Shown here piece by piece: positions 22,452-32,000 of a stretch of DNA of 32,000 bases. The notes beneath the pieces are model-generated. The model was not told the origin of the DNA. It made no database searches and was given only the letters and a program-made list of their open reading frames with translations. Location of the stretch: NCBI RefSeq assembly GCF_000008305.1, contig NC_006055.1, forward strand, positions 570,001 to 602,000, read 5' to 3'. The position numbers and the translations under genes are program-made. The DNA comes from Mesoplasma florum L1 (GTDB lineage: Bacteria; Bacillota_I; Bacilli_A; Mycoplasmatales; Mycoplasmataceae). Position 1 is the stretch's first letter. Each line of letters opens with the position of its first letter.

Positions 22452-24968
22452 TTATTTTTTAACTTGAGTGGTTGTCATTAATTCGTTTTTTCCGTTAATT
22501 CAAATTGAAAATTTTTCATAAACTGGAAATCAACCAGCATTCGCTTTTTTACCTTTAACAGTTATTTGAAACTTACCTGTTTTTTCATCTAAAAGTTTTG
22601 GTGTCTCAATTTCATAAAGATTTGATGCAGGATCTTGAGTTAAATAAACATCATCAATTTTAGATTTAAAATTGTTTACTGTAAACAGAAGGTTTTTTTC
22701 TTCGTTCTCTTTTATTTCTAATCTATTGCTATTATTCAATGTTCAATTTTCTCCAATAGTTGTAACATATGGTAAAGCTCATACATTGGCTGTTATTTCA
22801 ATTTTTTGATTAGGATCATCTTCTTGATATAAATTTATAAGACTTGTCACGTCATCTTTTGCAGTTGATGAAACTTTAATAGTTAAAAATTGTCTGTTGT
22901 TTTTAACATTAACTTTTCCATCAGTTTCAGCAATAACTTCTGGATTATCAGATTCTATTTTAAAAGTTTTACCTGATAAATTTTTACCATAAACTTCATA
23001 TGTATTTAAAGTTGGGTTTCTCATATCAAAAGTTAAAGAATCTTTTTCTTCAAACTCAGCAGGCATATATCATGTACCATTATTTGAAAAAACTTTTTCT
23101 CCTGTGTTACCTAATTTGTAATTAATTGTTACTTTATATGATAGTTCTCCTTTGTCAATTCATTCAAAGTAAACATCAGAAATACCACTTATTGATTTTA
23201 AATCAGATTCTACTTGTTTTTGAAGATTGTTTTCTTGTCCTTGTTTTCAATTATAATTATTTTTAATATTATTCAATTCCTTGTCAATATTTTCTGAAAT
23301 ATCAGTTTCTTGTTTTGAAACTAATGTAAATATAGGTCCCATTTCACCATTCAATTTTAAAGCTATTTTTACTTTGCCATTTTCTGGTAAAGATTTAATA
23401 AATTTATAATACAATGTAAATTTTTGCTGATTTTCAGAATCTTGAACTAGTTTTATTTCTGCATATGTTGAAACTGGAAAAGAATTTTCAATTTCTTGAA
23501 GTTGTGAAATAAATTCGAGATTGTCTCCCTTAGCTTTATCGAAATCTTTCATCATAATATCTAAAGATGTTTCATGATTTAAATATCATCCATATTCTGG
23601 TTCTAGTTTAGAAACTATTTCAGGTTTTGCTAATATTATGGTTGTAAATTCTATTGCGTCTTCTTTTTCTTCCTCATCTCAAACTTTAATCACTGCTCGA
23701 ATATTTTTATTGTCATTAGCAACTAATGTAATTTTTCCGTCAGCATAAGTTGCTTGTATTGATGAATCATCTGAACTAACAGATATTTTCTTATTAGTTA
23801 AATTTTTCCCTTTTACATCAATTAATATTTTGTTAGTTTTTCTCATATCGATTGTTTGATTTTCGATCTTATCAAAACTTGCAGATTCATATTTTAATAG
23901 TGTACCACTTATTGAAGATGGACCAAAAAAATCATTTGAATAACTTAATTTAATATTATATTTTAATGCTACTTCATCTTCTCAAGAAAACTCTGCATTT
24001 AAAATCCCTTCAATTTTTAAGTTAGATTCAACTGCATTTTTTGCTGAAACTGAACTTTTATATTCTTTTGACTCAAAAATATTCTTAGCTGTTTTAATAG
24101 CTTCAGTCAAATTGGTTTTAAGTTGTATAACTCCCTCAGCATTTTCAGGACCTTTGCTTTTTTCATCATATTTAATTGAAATAGTATAGTTATAAGGCGC
24201 TCACTGATCTCAAACTAAACTTGTTTTTTCAACACCTTCTATACTTTCAAAAGTTGATTTAATAAATTTTGCAGCAGCAATTTTCGACTCATATTTTTTA
24301 TTATCCTTACTGATTGACTGGTTAGCAGCATAAATATCAGTGGTTAAATTATTTTTTAAATTTATCAAAACTTCTATTTTTTCTGGGCCTTCAACATTAT
24401 TTCTATAATTTAAACTAATTTCAAATTTTAATTGACTTCTTACCGTTAATATTTTAACAACACTAACTTGATCAACACCAGTAATCGATTTAAATTTAGT
24501 TCTAATGTTTTCTTTTGCCTCATCTTCATTATTGTAAAAAGTCATACTTAACTCTTTAGCAACTTCACTTACGTTTTTTTCATTATTTATTTTAATTATT
24601 ACATCAAACTCTCCTGCTGATGTTTTTGGTCATATATAACCTTTTTTTAATTTTCCTTTAATATGGATAGAAGAAACTGAATCAGTTCCATAAACACTTC
24701 CTGTTAAAGAATCTATTCCTTCAGTTTTTCAATCTGATTTTGATTGAATATCTTTTATCGCACTTTCTTTACTATCAAATGCTCCTTTTTCATTTAAATA
24801 GTTTTGAACTTCCATCTTTAATAAAACCTGACTGCTTTCCTTATCAGTGGTTTTTTGATCAGTTGTTCCGCCTTTATTTTTATCACCCTTAAAAGAACAA
24901 GACACAGCTGTTGCACTTGCTCCTCCAACGATACTAACTGCAGCTAGTAAAGTAACTGTTTTTTTCAT
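22452..24968 (-). CDS. Large repeat-containing lipoprotein (838 aa)
   Basis: Signal peptide and lipobox MKKTVTLLAAVSIVGGASATAVSCSFKG, followed by repeated modules and Ig-like segments. Continuous frame with UGA=Trp joins six track ORFs. Confidence 0.85.
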
Positions 24969-25008
24969 TTCCCTAACCTCTTTTCTTTATTTAATAAATA
25001 AAAATTAG

Positions 25009-25701
25009 TTAGTTTAAAGGTGGCATAATCCTCATTTTTTCAGTTTTATTAATCTTAGTTTTTAAATATTTAAAAGTTAGTTCATTTTTTTTAATCGTAT
25101 ATGCTAAAAAATGTTTTATTAAATTAATAAAAACAATTTCATTATTTTGATCACATTCATCATTTTCATTGTTTGTTGGTTCATATTTTTGAATTCATAA
25201 AGAAAGATCAACTTCACCTTCATTTTCAATTAATCAGTTCTTTTTAAAAATATATTTTATTACAATATATAAAATAAGACTTATTATAATAATACTCATC
25301 ACTAAGAAAACAATGGTAACTATTTGAATTGATAAAGGCAAAGTCTCTTTAAACCTATTAAAAAATATAAATCGCACAAGCTTGATTGCTAAAAATGGTA
25401 TTATTAAACCTAAAAGTTTAAATATTGACTTTATATTTTCTTTCTTAGTTAAAACATTAATATTTTTATTCTTAATTAAATCTTCGTCATCTCTTGAAAT
25501 GAATCTTATAGTTTCTGAAGTCAATAATATTATTAAAATAATTGAAAAAAGATTATTAACTCTTTCAATAGTCACGTTAGTTGCTTGATAGTTATCTGTT
25601 TTCATAATTTCAAAAGAAAACAAAAAGGCAAACAAAAAGTGTGCACAAACTATTGCATAAATTGAAAAATAAATCATTTTTTTAAATTTTGGTGCATGCA
25701 T
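25009..25701 (-). CDS. Membrane protein, hypothetical (230 aa)
   Basis: MHAPKFKKMIYFSIYAIVCAHFLFAFLFSFEIMKTDN...IVTIVFLVMSIIIISLILYIVIKYIFKKNWLIENEGEVDLSFYEFKYEP. Four hydrophobic segments. Confidence 0.7.
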
Positions 25702-25750
25702 TTTGTTAACCTCCTATTTTATTTATAACTAATTTTACTCTTTTAAAAAA

Positions 25751-25773
25751 ATAAAAAAAGCACATAAGTGCTT
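25751..25773 (-). terminator. Rho-independent terminator of the tRNA cluster
   Basis: AAGCAC-TTAT-GTGCTT followed by TTTTTTTATTTTTTT on the minus strand. Confidence 0.8.
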
Positions 25774-25785
25774 AAATTTTTATAG

Positions 25786-25861
25786 TGGTGGTTGTGGACG
25801 GAATTGAACCGCCGACACGCAGAGCTTCAATCTGCTGCTCTACCAACTGAGCTACACAACC
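25786..25861 (-). tRNA. tRNA-Phe(GAA)
   Basis: GGTTGTGTAGCTCAGTTGG...GATTGAAGCTC...CACAACCACCA. Confidence 0.95.
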
Positions 25862-25863
25862 GA

Positions 25864-25940
25864 TGGCGACCCCAACGGGACTCGAACCCGTGATCTCCTC
25901 CGTGACAGGGAGGCGCGATAACCAACTTCGCTATGGGGCC
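25864..25940 (-). tRNA. tRNA-Asp(GTC)
   Basis: GGCCCCATAGCGAAGTTGG...CCTGTCACGG...GGGGTCGCCA. Confidence 0.95.
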
Positions 25941-25947
25941 ATTAAAA

Positions 25948-26023
<76 letters not shown>

Positions 26024-26033
26024 ATAAAAAAAA

Positions 26034-26126
26034 TGGCGGAAGATGAGGGATTCGAACCCCCGCTCGGGTTTCCCCGACTCTCGGTTTTCAAGACCGATCC
26101 CTTCAGCCGGACTTGGGTAATCTTCC
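26034..26126 (-). tRNA. tRNA-Ser(TGA)
   Basis: 93-nt tRNA with long variable arm, GGTCTTGAAAACC anticodon arm, encoded CCA. Confidence 0.94.
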
Positions 26127-26164
26127 GTGTAATATTCAAGTTGCAACCATATTTTATTAACTAT

Positions 26165-26241
26165 TGGTGGACCTTATTGGACTTGAACCAATGACCGTCC
26201 GGTTATGAGCCGGATGCTCTAACCAACTGAGCTAAAGGTCC
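26165..26241 (-). tRNA. tRNA with CAT anticodon, probably tRNA-Ile2 (k2CAU)
   Basis: GGACCTTTAGCTCAGTTGGTTAGAGCATCCGGCTCATAACCGG...AAGGTCCACCA. The body resembles Firmicute tRNA-Ile2 rather than elongator Met. Confidence 0.8.
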
Positions 26242-26249
26242 TTTAATTA

Positions 26250-26326
26250 TGGTAGCGGGGGCGAGATTTGAACTCGCGACCTTTCGGGTATGAACCGAAC
26301 GCTCTAACCAACTGAGCTACCCCGCC
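26250..26326 (-). tRNA. tRNA-Met(CAT), elongator
   Basis: GGCGGGGTAGCTCAGTTGGTTAGAGCGTTCGGTTCATACCCGAA...CCCCGCTACCA. Confidence 0.9.
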
Positions 26327-26335
26327 GTAAAAAAA

Positions 26336-26411
26336 TGGTGGACCCTATCGGGATCGAACCGACGACCCCCTGCGTGCAAGGCAGGTGCTCTCCCAGCTGA
26401 GCTAAGGGCCC
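26336..26411 (-). tRNA. tRNA-Ala(TGC)
   Basis: GGGCCCTTAGCTCAGCTGGGAGAGCACCTGCCTTGCACGCAGG...AGGGTCCACCA. Confidence 0.95.
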
Positions 26412-26424
26412 ACAAAAAATATAA

Positions 26425-26501
26425 TGGTCGGGAAGACAGGATTCGAACCTGCGACCCTTCGGTCCCAAACCGAATGCTCTACCAAGCTGAGCCACTTCCC
26501 G
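26425..26501 (-). tRNA. tRNA-Pro(TGG)
   Basis: CGGGAAGTGGCTCAGCTTGG...GGTTTGGGACC...CTTCCCGACCA. Confidence 0.95.
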
Positions 26502-26548
26502 ATACGACAATGTTATTACTTTTTCAATAATAACATTAATAATTTAAT

Positions 26549-26625
26549 TGGTGCGCCCGGAGGGACTCGAACCCCCAACCTTTTGATCCGTAGTCAAACG
26601 ATCTATCCAATTGATCTACGGGCGC
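26549..26625 (-). tRNA. tRNA-Arg(ACG)
   Basis: GCGCCCGTAGATCAATTGGATAGATCGTTTGACTACGGATC...CGGGCGCACCA. Confidence 0.95.
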
Positions 26626-26730
26626 ATTTGTTATTATTGGTACACCTTAAAATTTAAGGGACTTTTTTATTATAAATAAGTTTTACTAAAAAAACAATAG
26701 ATTTTTTACAAATTTAAATTTTGTAAAAAA

Positions 26731-26754
26731 AACCATTCAGATCCCTGAATGGTT
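26731..26754 (-). terminator. Rho-independent terminator after tRNA-Cys
   Basis: AACCATTCAG-GGAT-CTGAATGGTT perfect 10-bp stem followed by TTTTTT on the minus strand. Confidence 0.85.
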
Positions 26755-26764
26755 GGTATTTTAT

Positions 26765-26839
26765 TGGAGGCGGCAATCGGATTCGAACCGATGATCAGGG
26801 TGTTGCAGACCCATGCCTTAGCCACTTGGCTATGCCGCC
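26765..26839 (-). tRNA. tRNA-Cys(GCA)
   Basis: GGCGGCATAGCCAAGTGGCTAAGGCATGGGTCTGCAACACCC...GCCGCCTCCA. Confidence 0.94.
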
Positions 26840-26917
26840 AAATTAATTACTATATAAGTATATAAAAAAAATCTTATTATGTAAATTAATAGTTGTCATT
26901 TACATAATTTTAAAAAA

Positions 26918-26939
26918 ATCAGACTTTACTGTCTGATTA
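26918..26939 (-). terminator. Rho-independent terminator
   Basis: AATCAGAC-AGTAAA-GTCTGATT plus T-run on the minus strand, after the 26942..27961 CDS. Confidence 0.8.
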
Positions 26940-26941
26940 GT

Positions 26942-27961
26942 TTATTTATTCATTTTATCTATTCTTTTAATTATTAAATATCTATATAAAGTTGAAAAGC
27001 CTATGTAGATACCTGCAATAATAACTACGAACATAAAGAATCAAGCAACACCAGGTATACCCAATAAACCGTCTTTAGCAGGAGTTGTTATTTGTAAAAA
27101 GAAATAAGGATAAGCATACATTGATGTTGGAGCAGTTCCACCTGATTCTTTTAATAATCCTCTAAGAATTGCATATACACCATAACTTATTAAAGTGATA
27201 ATACCTTGCATTCAATTTTTGTGTAAAAACTTAGTTGATATATTTTCTTTTGAATCATGGTTCATACCTAAAATAACATATAACACAAATGCAATTGGCC
27301 CAAATGTATGGAATACTTCATTTTCTATTACTGATGTTACACTTGGGAATATTGCTTGTAATAATGATTCACCATTTCCTAAGCTGGTTGCAATTACAGT
27401 AGGTCTTAAACTTAACTGATAAATTAAGAATGTTATAGTAATAAACGTAGCTGTTAATATTGCACCATTAGTACTAATTAATCCTTTTTCACCTTCACTT
27501 TTTGGTTTGATAAATGAAGTTGTCATTCAAACTAAAACTAGTATATTACTTAATAAAGTAAAGAATGAAGTTCTAAATCATATTTCTTCAAAAGGTTGAT
27601 AATTTGCATGTAAAGTTTTAGCTTCACCTATTACTGTAAAGTTAATTGTTGAAATTATATTAAATACATTTTCACCATTAACTTTTGTAATAATTAATCA
27701 ATCATAGTTTTTTCCTTCAGCAAATGTTATCAACTCTTCAACTGTTTTGATATTTGTTTCGGGATTATTTAAAATATCATTTATTTGTTTTACATAAATA
27801 CTTGAATCAATAATAGGTTTTAAATAACTCATAAGTAATACAGCAAATAAAATAATAACAAAAGATAATTTAAATCAAAATTTTCAATCACTAACTGAAT
27901 AGTTATTTGAGAATCATTTATTAACACTTTGTTTTTTTAAAGTAAAATAATTATTTTTCAT
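26942..27961 (-). CDS. Multi-pass membrane protein, hypothetical (339 aa), paralogue of the next CDS
   Basis: MKNNYFTLKKQSVNKWFSNNYSVSDWKFWFKLSFVIILFAVLLMSYLKP...NYQPFEEIWFRTSFFTLLSNILVLVWMTTSFIKPKSEGEKGL... VFHTFGPIAFVLYVILG. Confidence 0.75.
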
Positions 27962-28898
27962 TGTTTACTCCTTTTTTTGCTCCTTTGTTTGCATTTTTAA
28001 TAATTATGAAATTATATAAAGAAGTAAATCCAATACAAATACTTGCTATTACTATCATAAAAATTAAAAATAAAACTATTCCTGGTAACTCAATAGCCCC
28101 CATTTTTACATTAAGTTCTGTTACTTGTAAGAATGGATAAGGGAAAGCTTGTTGGCTTGATCCTGGAGTACCACCAGCAACTTTTAATAAACCTCTAATT
28201 ATTGCATATGCTCCGTATGAACAAAGCCCTAAAATACCAAAAACTCAAGTTGTGCTTAATTCTTTAAAATTAAATGCTGTTCCCTTTTCTCACTTAACAC
28301 CAAAAAGTACATAACCAATAAAGAATATTGGTGCAACCGTATGGAACATTTCATTTACAAAATGACTCATGAAATTATTAGCAATCTCTGAAACTGTTAT
28401 TCTTAAAATTAAGTTATAAAGTAAGAAAGTCACTGTTATATAAGCAGCAAATATAATTGAAGTTCTTTTATTTAAAATGCCTTTTTTACCTTCATTTAAA
28501 GGTTTAAATAACGCAACATACATTCAAATTAATATTAATAAATTACTTATTAATGTAAAGAATGAAGACATTTGAATAAATTGTTCAAATGGCTGATAAC
28601 CTGCATGAAGTAATCCATCTGATGTTTTATAAAAAATTAATCTTTCTTGAATAGATTTAGATAAATTTAAATTATCTAAAACTTCTTTTAATTTATCACT
28701 AGCTATATCTGAGCTTAGGTTTAAATCATTTATTTGTTTAACTACAGATGACATATTAACAAATAATTGAATGTAACTGAATAGTACAATAAAAGTCATT
28801 AATACTACGAATAAAGTTTTATATCAAAATCTTCAGTCTTTCAATGTATAGTTTTTATATCAAGCTGTAAGCTTTTCTTTTTTTAAAGTAAAAAACAT
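27951..28898 (-). CDS. Multi-pass membrane protein, hypothetical (315 aa), paralogue of the previous CDS
   Basis: MFFTLKKEKLTAWYKNYTLKDWRFWYKTLFVVLMTFIVLFSYIQL...GYQPFEQFIQMSSFFTLISNLLILIWMYVALFKPLNEGKKGI...MFHTVAPIFFIGYVLFG. The 3' end overlaps the next ORF. Confidence 0.75.
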
Positions 28899-28960
28899 AT
28901 TGCTTCCTTTCAAATAAAAAGTATATAACCTTTTAAAAAGATTATATACTAATTTAAATA

Positions 28961-31900
28961 TTAATTTTTACCTGCACGTAATGTATTATATGCATCAATT
29001 AATTTTGGATCTAATTCATTATTAAAGAATGGTTGCAATCATGTGTCTTTGTAACCTGATCCTTCTTGTAAAATAATAGGTTTAAACATATCTGCATATC
29101 TGTAGTATGTTCCTTCTTCTTCACCATCTACTGGTGCTGCTGTTGCTGAAGCCAATGTTTCAACAAAACCAGTTGGTGTACCTGTTGAATCTGATATATC
29201 TTCAGCATGTGCTATAAAGAAGTTAATAAAGTCATAAGCGATATCTTTATGTGTAGAATATTTAGACATAACCATATTATCTGAATATATGTTTGTTGTT
29301 TGATGAGTTGGTGCATCTTCTTCAGTTGGTTTTTCACCATTTACTCCTTCAACTTCTGCATTAGGTCTACCATATAAGAAGTAAACTTTATTTTCATCTT
29401 CATCAGCTTTAGGCTGAACTGAATATGTATCATCATCTTCATCTGTTTCTAAAGTATCCTCACCATTATAAACAACATTAGCATATGATAAGTCTCCGTT
29501 ATACATAACAGCAAAGTCAAATCTTCCTTCAGCTGCACTTTGAATTAATGAATCACCTTGTAATCCAACTTTTTTATAGCTTAATAATGTTGCTAACTCT
29601 CTTGTAGCTGCATCAATTTGACTTTGTTTAGTTAAATTACCAGTACCATACAATATTTGTCCTGCCATTGCATAAACGTTTTTAGGATCTTCATTTAAAA
29701 CAACTTCTTTACCAGCCGCTGCTGCATCTCATAAAATTCTTCATGAAAGTTCAGAGTTATTCATTGCATAGTCATAATCTTTATCATAGTCTGTGTTATT
29801 ACCAATTGATTCTCATTTTGCTTCTTCACCAGATTTTAATTTTCTTAATAATGTTTCTGGATGAGTTTCTAATAATCATTTTATATTAGCTGCATCTGGA
29901 TTTGAACTTGTTCTGCTTGTTCCCATTGAATTTGGGTTAACAGCAATAACTAAATCTCCTCATAAATAAGGTATAGCATAATCAATAATTGACCCTGTAC
30001 CTAATTGAGTTTCTTCATACTCTTCTGACTCTGAATAATTAACTTTAGATTTATACATAATATCTAAAAGCTCATCACTTATTTGTAATGTTTCAGCTTC
30101 TTCTTCTGATTGAGTTTTTGCTATAAATTCTTCTGAAGGTTTTTTATCTGGATTAATTCCTTTTTCTAAACCATCAAATCCTTCTGATCATGCATTAATT
30201 CTTGAATAATCTAATGGTTCTAACTTACCTTCTTCAGCTAATTTTTGTACCATGTAATCACTAGGTACCATTAAGTCATAGTTGAATGTGTAAAGTTTAT
30301 TATAAAGTGTTTCATTTGAATCATATTCTTGATAGTTAACTTTAACATTGTATTCTTTTTCAAATTCTTTAATTAAAGATGGATCAATATATTCTCCCCA
30401 GTTACCAATAACTAAATCATAAATATTATTCATAACAAATGCCACAGTTAATCCTGTAAATGATACTAAGAATAAAAGTGACACTAAAAGTACTTTTCAA
30501 CTTCTAGCAAAGAAACCTTTTGTAAAGTTTGCTTCATCAATATTTGTTGGGAAATATTTTTCTTTTTGTTTTGCTATAGCTAACTTAATATGTGTTACTT
30601 TTTCATCTTTTGCTTTTATTAAATTATTTTGTTTTGTTTCAAATTTTACAAAAGCTTCATTTTTTAAATTAATTAATTCTTTATCATTTGGATTTTTTGA
30701 AATTTTGTTATTTATTTTGCTTGTTACACTTATTTTTCTAAAAGCTTGTGTTGCAACTAAATCTAATCTACTTGCTAAATCATTAATTTTGTTTTCGTTA
30801 ATTTGTTTAATGTCTTTCAATTTTTCAACAATCATTCTAAGTTTAAAGTTATTTTTTCCTTCTTCAACTTCAATTTTTCATTCTTCATAGTATTTAATTT
30901 TTTTGTTATATCAATTAATAGTACTTTTTGAAGGATCAATTTCTGCTTTAAATTCTTTTTTAAGTTGTTTAATTTTTTTGTTAATTGAAGCGGCTTTTTC
31001 TTTAGCTTCTTTTTCTTTTTCATTTAATCATGCAACTTCTTCAGAAAGGAATGTTACTTTTTCTTCTATTTTTTCTAACTGAATAGAAATCTTAGCTGCT
31101 TTCTTAATATCTGTTGTTTTAGATAATTGTTTTTCAAGTTGTTTTTGTTTTGCAATTGCTTTTTTCAATCTAGCACCATATCTTTTTTCACGGTTAATTG
31201 TATTTTGCAATTTATATCTTTTTCATTCTAATTTTGCTATTTTTTTATCATAGTTTTTTGAATTAGCAATTTTAAGTTTAAATTTCAATACGTAAAACTT
31301 AAATCATATTGATAAGTTGAAAGAAATCTTTCTTTTTGTACCAGTATTCAATGAATCTGTTAACATTTGAATTTCTTTTTCTAATTTATATATTTCTTTA
31401 GTTTTATATGTACCATTTTTAATTTGTAATTTTGTTGTTTCTTTTTTATCTTGAGCAAATAAGAAAGCGTTTCAAATAATTACACCTGCTGCAATGATTC
31501 CTACCATCATTGTTCCAAATGCAAAAATATAAGGTTTAATTCTTTTTGCTGAATAAATAAATGACGCAACGTTTGTTTGAGCTCCACCTGTAAAGTATGA
31601 AATGATGAAGTCATCAAAACTCATTGCAAATGCTATGATAGTTGCAATAATAATTGCTGGTTTTAAAATAGGTAAAATAATTTTAAATATAACAGTACTT
31701 GTTTTAGCACCTAAATCATAACTAGCTTCAACTATTGATTTATCTACTTTTCTAAGTCTTGGCATAACTGTAATTAAAACATACGGAACGTTGAATGAAA
31801 CGTGGGCCATAATTAAAGTTAAAATACCAAATTTTAATCCACATATCAAAAATACTACCATTAAAGCAACAGCTGTAATAATATCAGCATTAATTAATGG

Positions 31901-32000
31901 AATGTTTGCAATTGACATTCATTTGCTTTGTTTTCTTTTTGTTAATCTGCTAAGTCCAATAGCAGCCATAACTCCGATTACAACACTAATCATTGTTGAA
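28961..32000 (-). CDS. potCD: Spermidine/putrescine ABC transporter permease (PotC) fused to substrate-binding protein (PotD); 5' end beyond the window
   Basis: One frame with UGA=Trp and no stop from 32000 down to 28961. The permease part includes MSIANIPLINADIITAVALMVVFL...LGAKTSTVIFKIILPILKPAIIIATIIAFAMSFDDFIISYFTGG. A Lys/Glu-rich coiled-coil region follows, then a PotD-like domain (NWGEYIDPSLIKEFEKEYNVKVNYQEYDSNETLYNKL...YDLMVPSDYMVQKLAEEGKLEPLD). Confidence 0.88.

Noticed and set aside
26645-26665. CCTTAAA-A-TTTAAGG hairpin followed by T-rich sequence on the plus strand
   Set aside because: It points toward plus-strand termination, but no plus-strand gene exists. It is probably incidental or a minor bidirectional hairpin in the tRNA spacer.
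30832-31023. ORF MKKKKKLKKKPLQLTKKLNNLKKN...
   Set aside because: It is an out-of-frame reading of the Lys-rich coiled-coil section of potCD. The main frame is continuous through it.

Overview
The window is AT-rich Mollicute DNA, most like the Mesoplasma/Entomoplasma/Spiroplasma group. UGA is read as tryptophan, so most ORFs in the supplied track are fragments of longer genes. Every supported gene lies on the minus strand. Reading through UGA gives these genes: a partial PH-like protein; two small membrane/coiled-coil proteins; an NrnA-type DHH phosphoesterase; a 558-aa multi-pass membrane protein; leuS; tRNA-Ile(GAT); a 589-aa protein resembling the sporadically distributed DUF6119/TIGR04141 family; rpsI and rplM; tsaB and tsaE; an Mg2+-type P-type ATPase preceded by a 26-aa leader ORF; a trehalose-type locus (LacI regulator, EIIBC, GH13 glucosidase, 117-aa membrane protein, ROK kinase); tpiA, a HAD hydrolase and gpmI; an 838-aa repeat-containing lipoprotein with an adjacent membrane protein; a ten-tRNA cluster; two tandem paralogous membrane proteins; and a partial PotC-coiled-coil-PotD fusion. 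Most of the window is housekeeping. The strongest candidates for something less described are the DUF6119-like gene next to tRNA-Ile, the mgtA-like leader ORF, the perfect operator palindrome in the trehalose locus, the modular lipoprotein, and the PotC/PotD fusion with its long coiled-coil insert. I see no CRISPR array, transposase, or multi-gene defence system.
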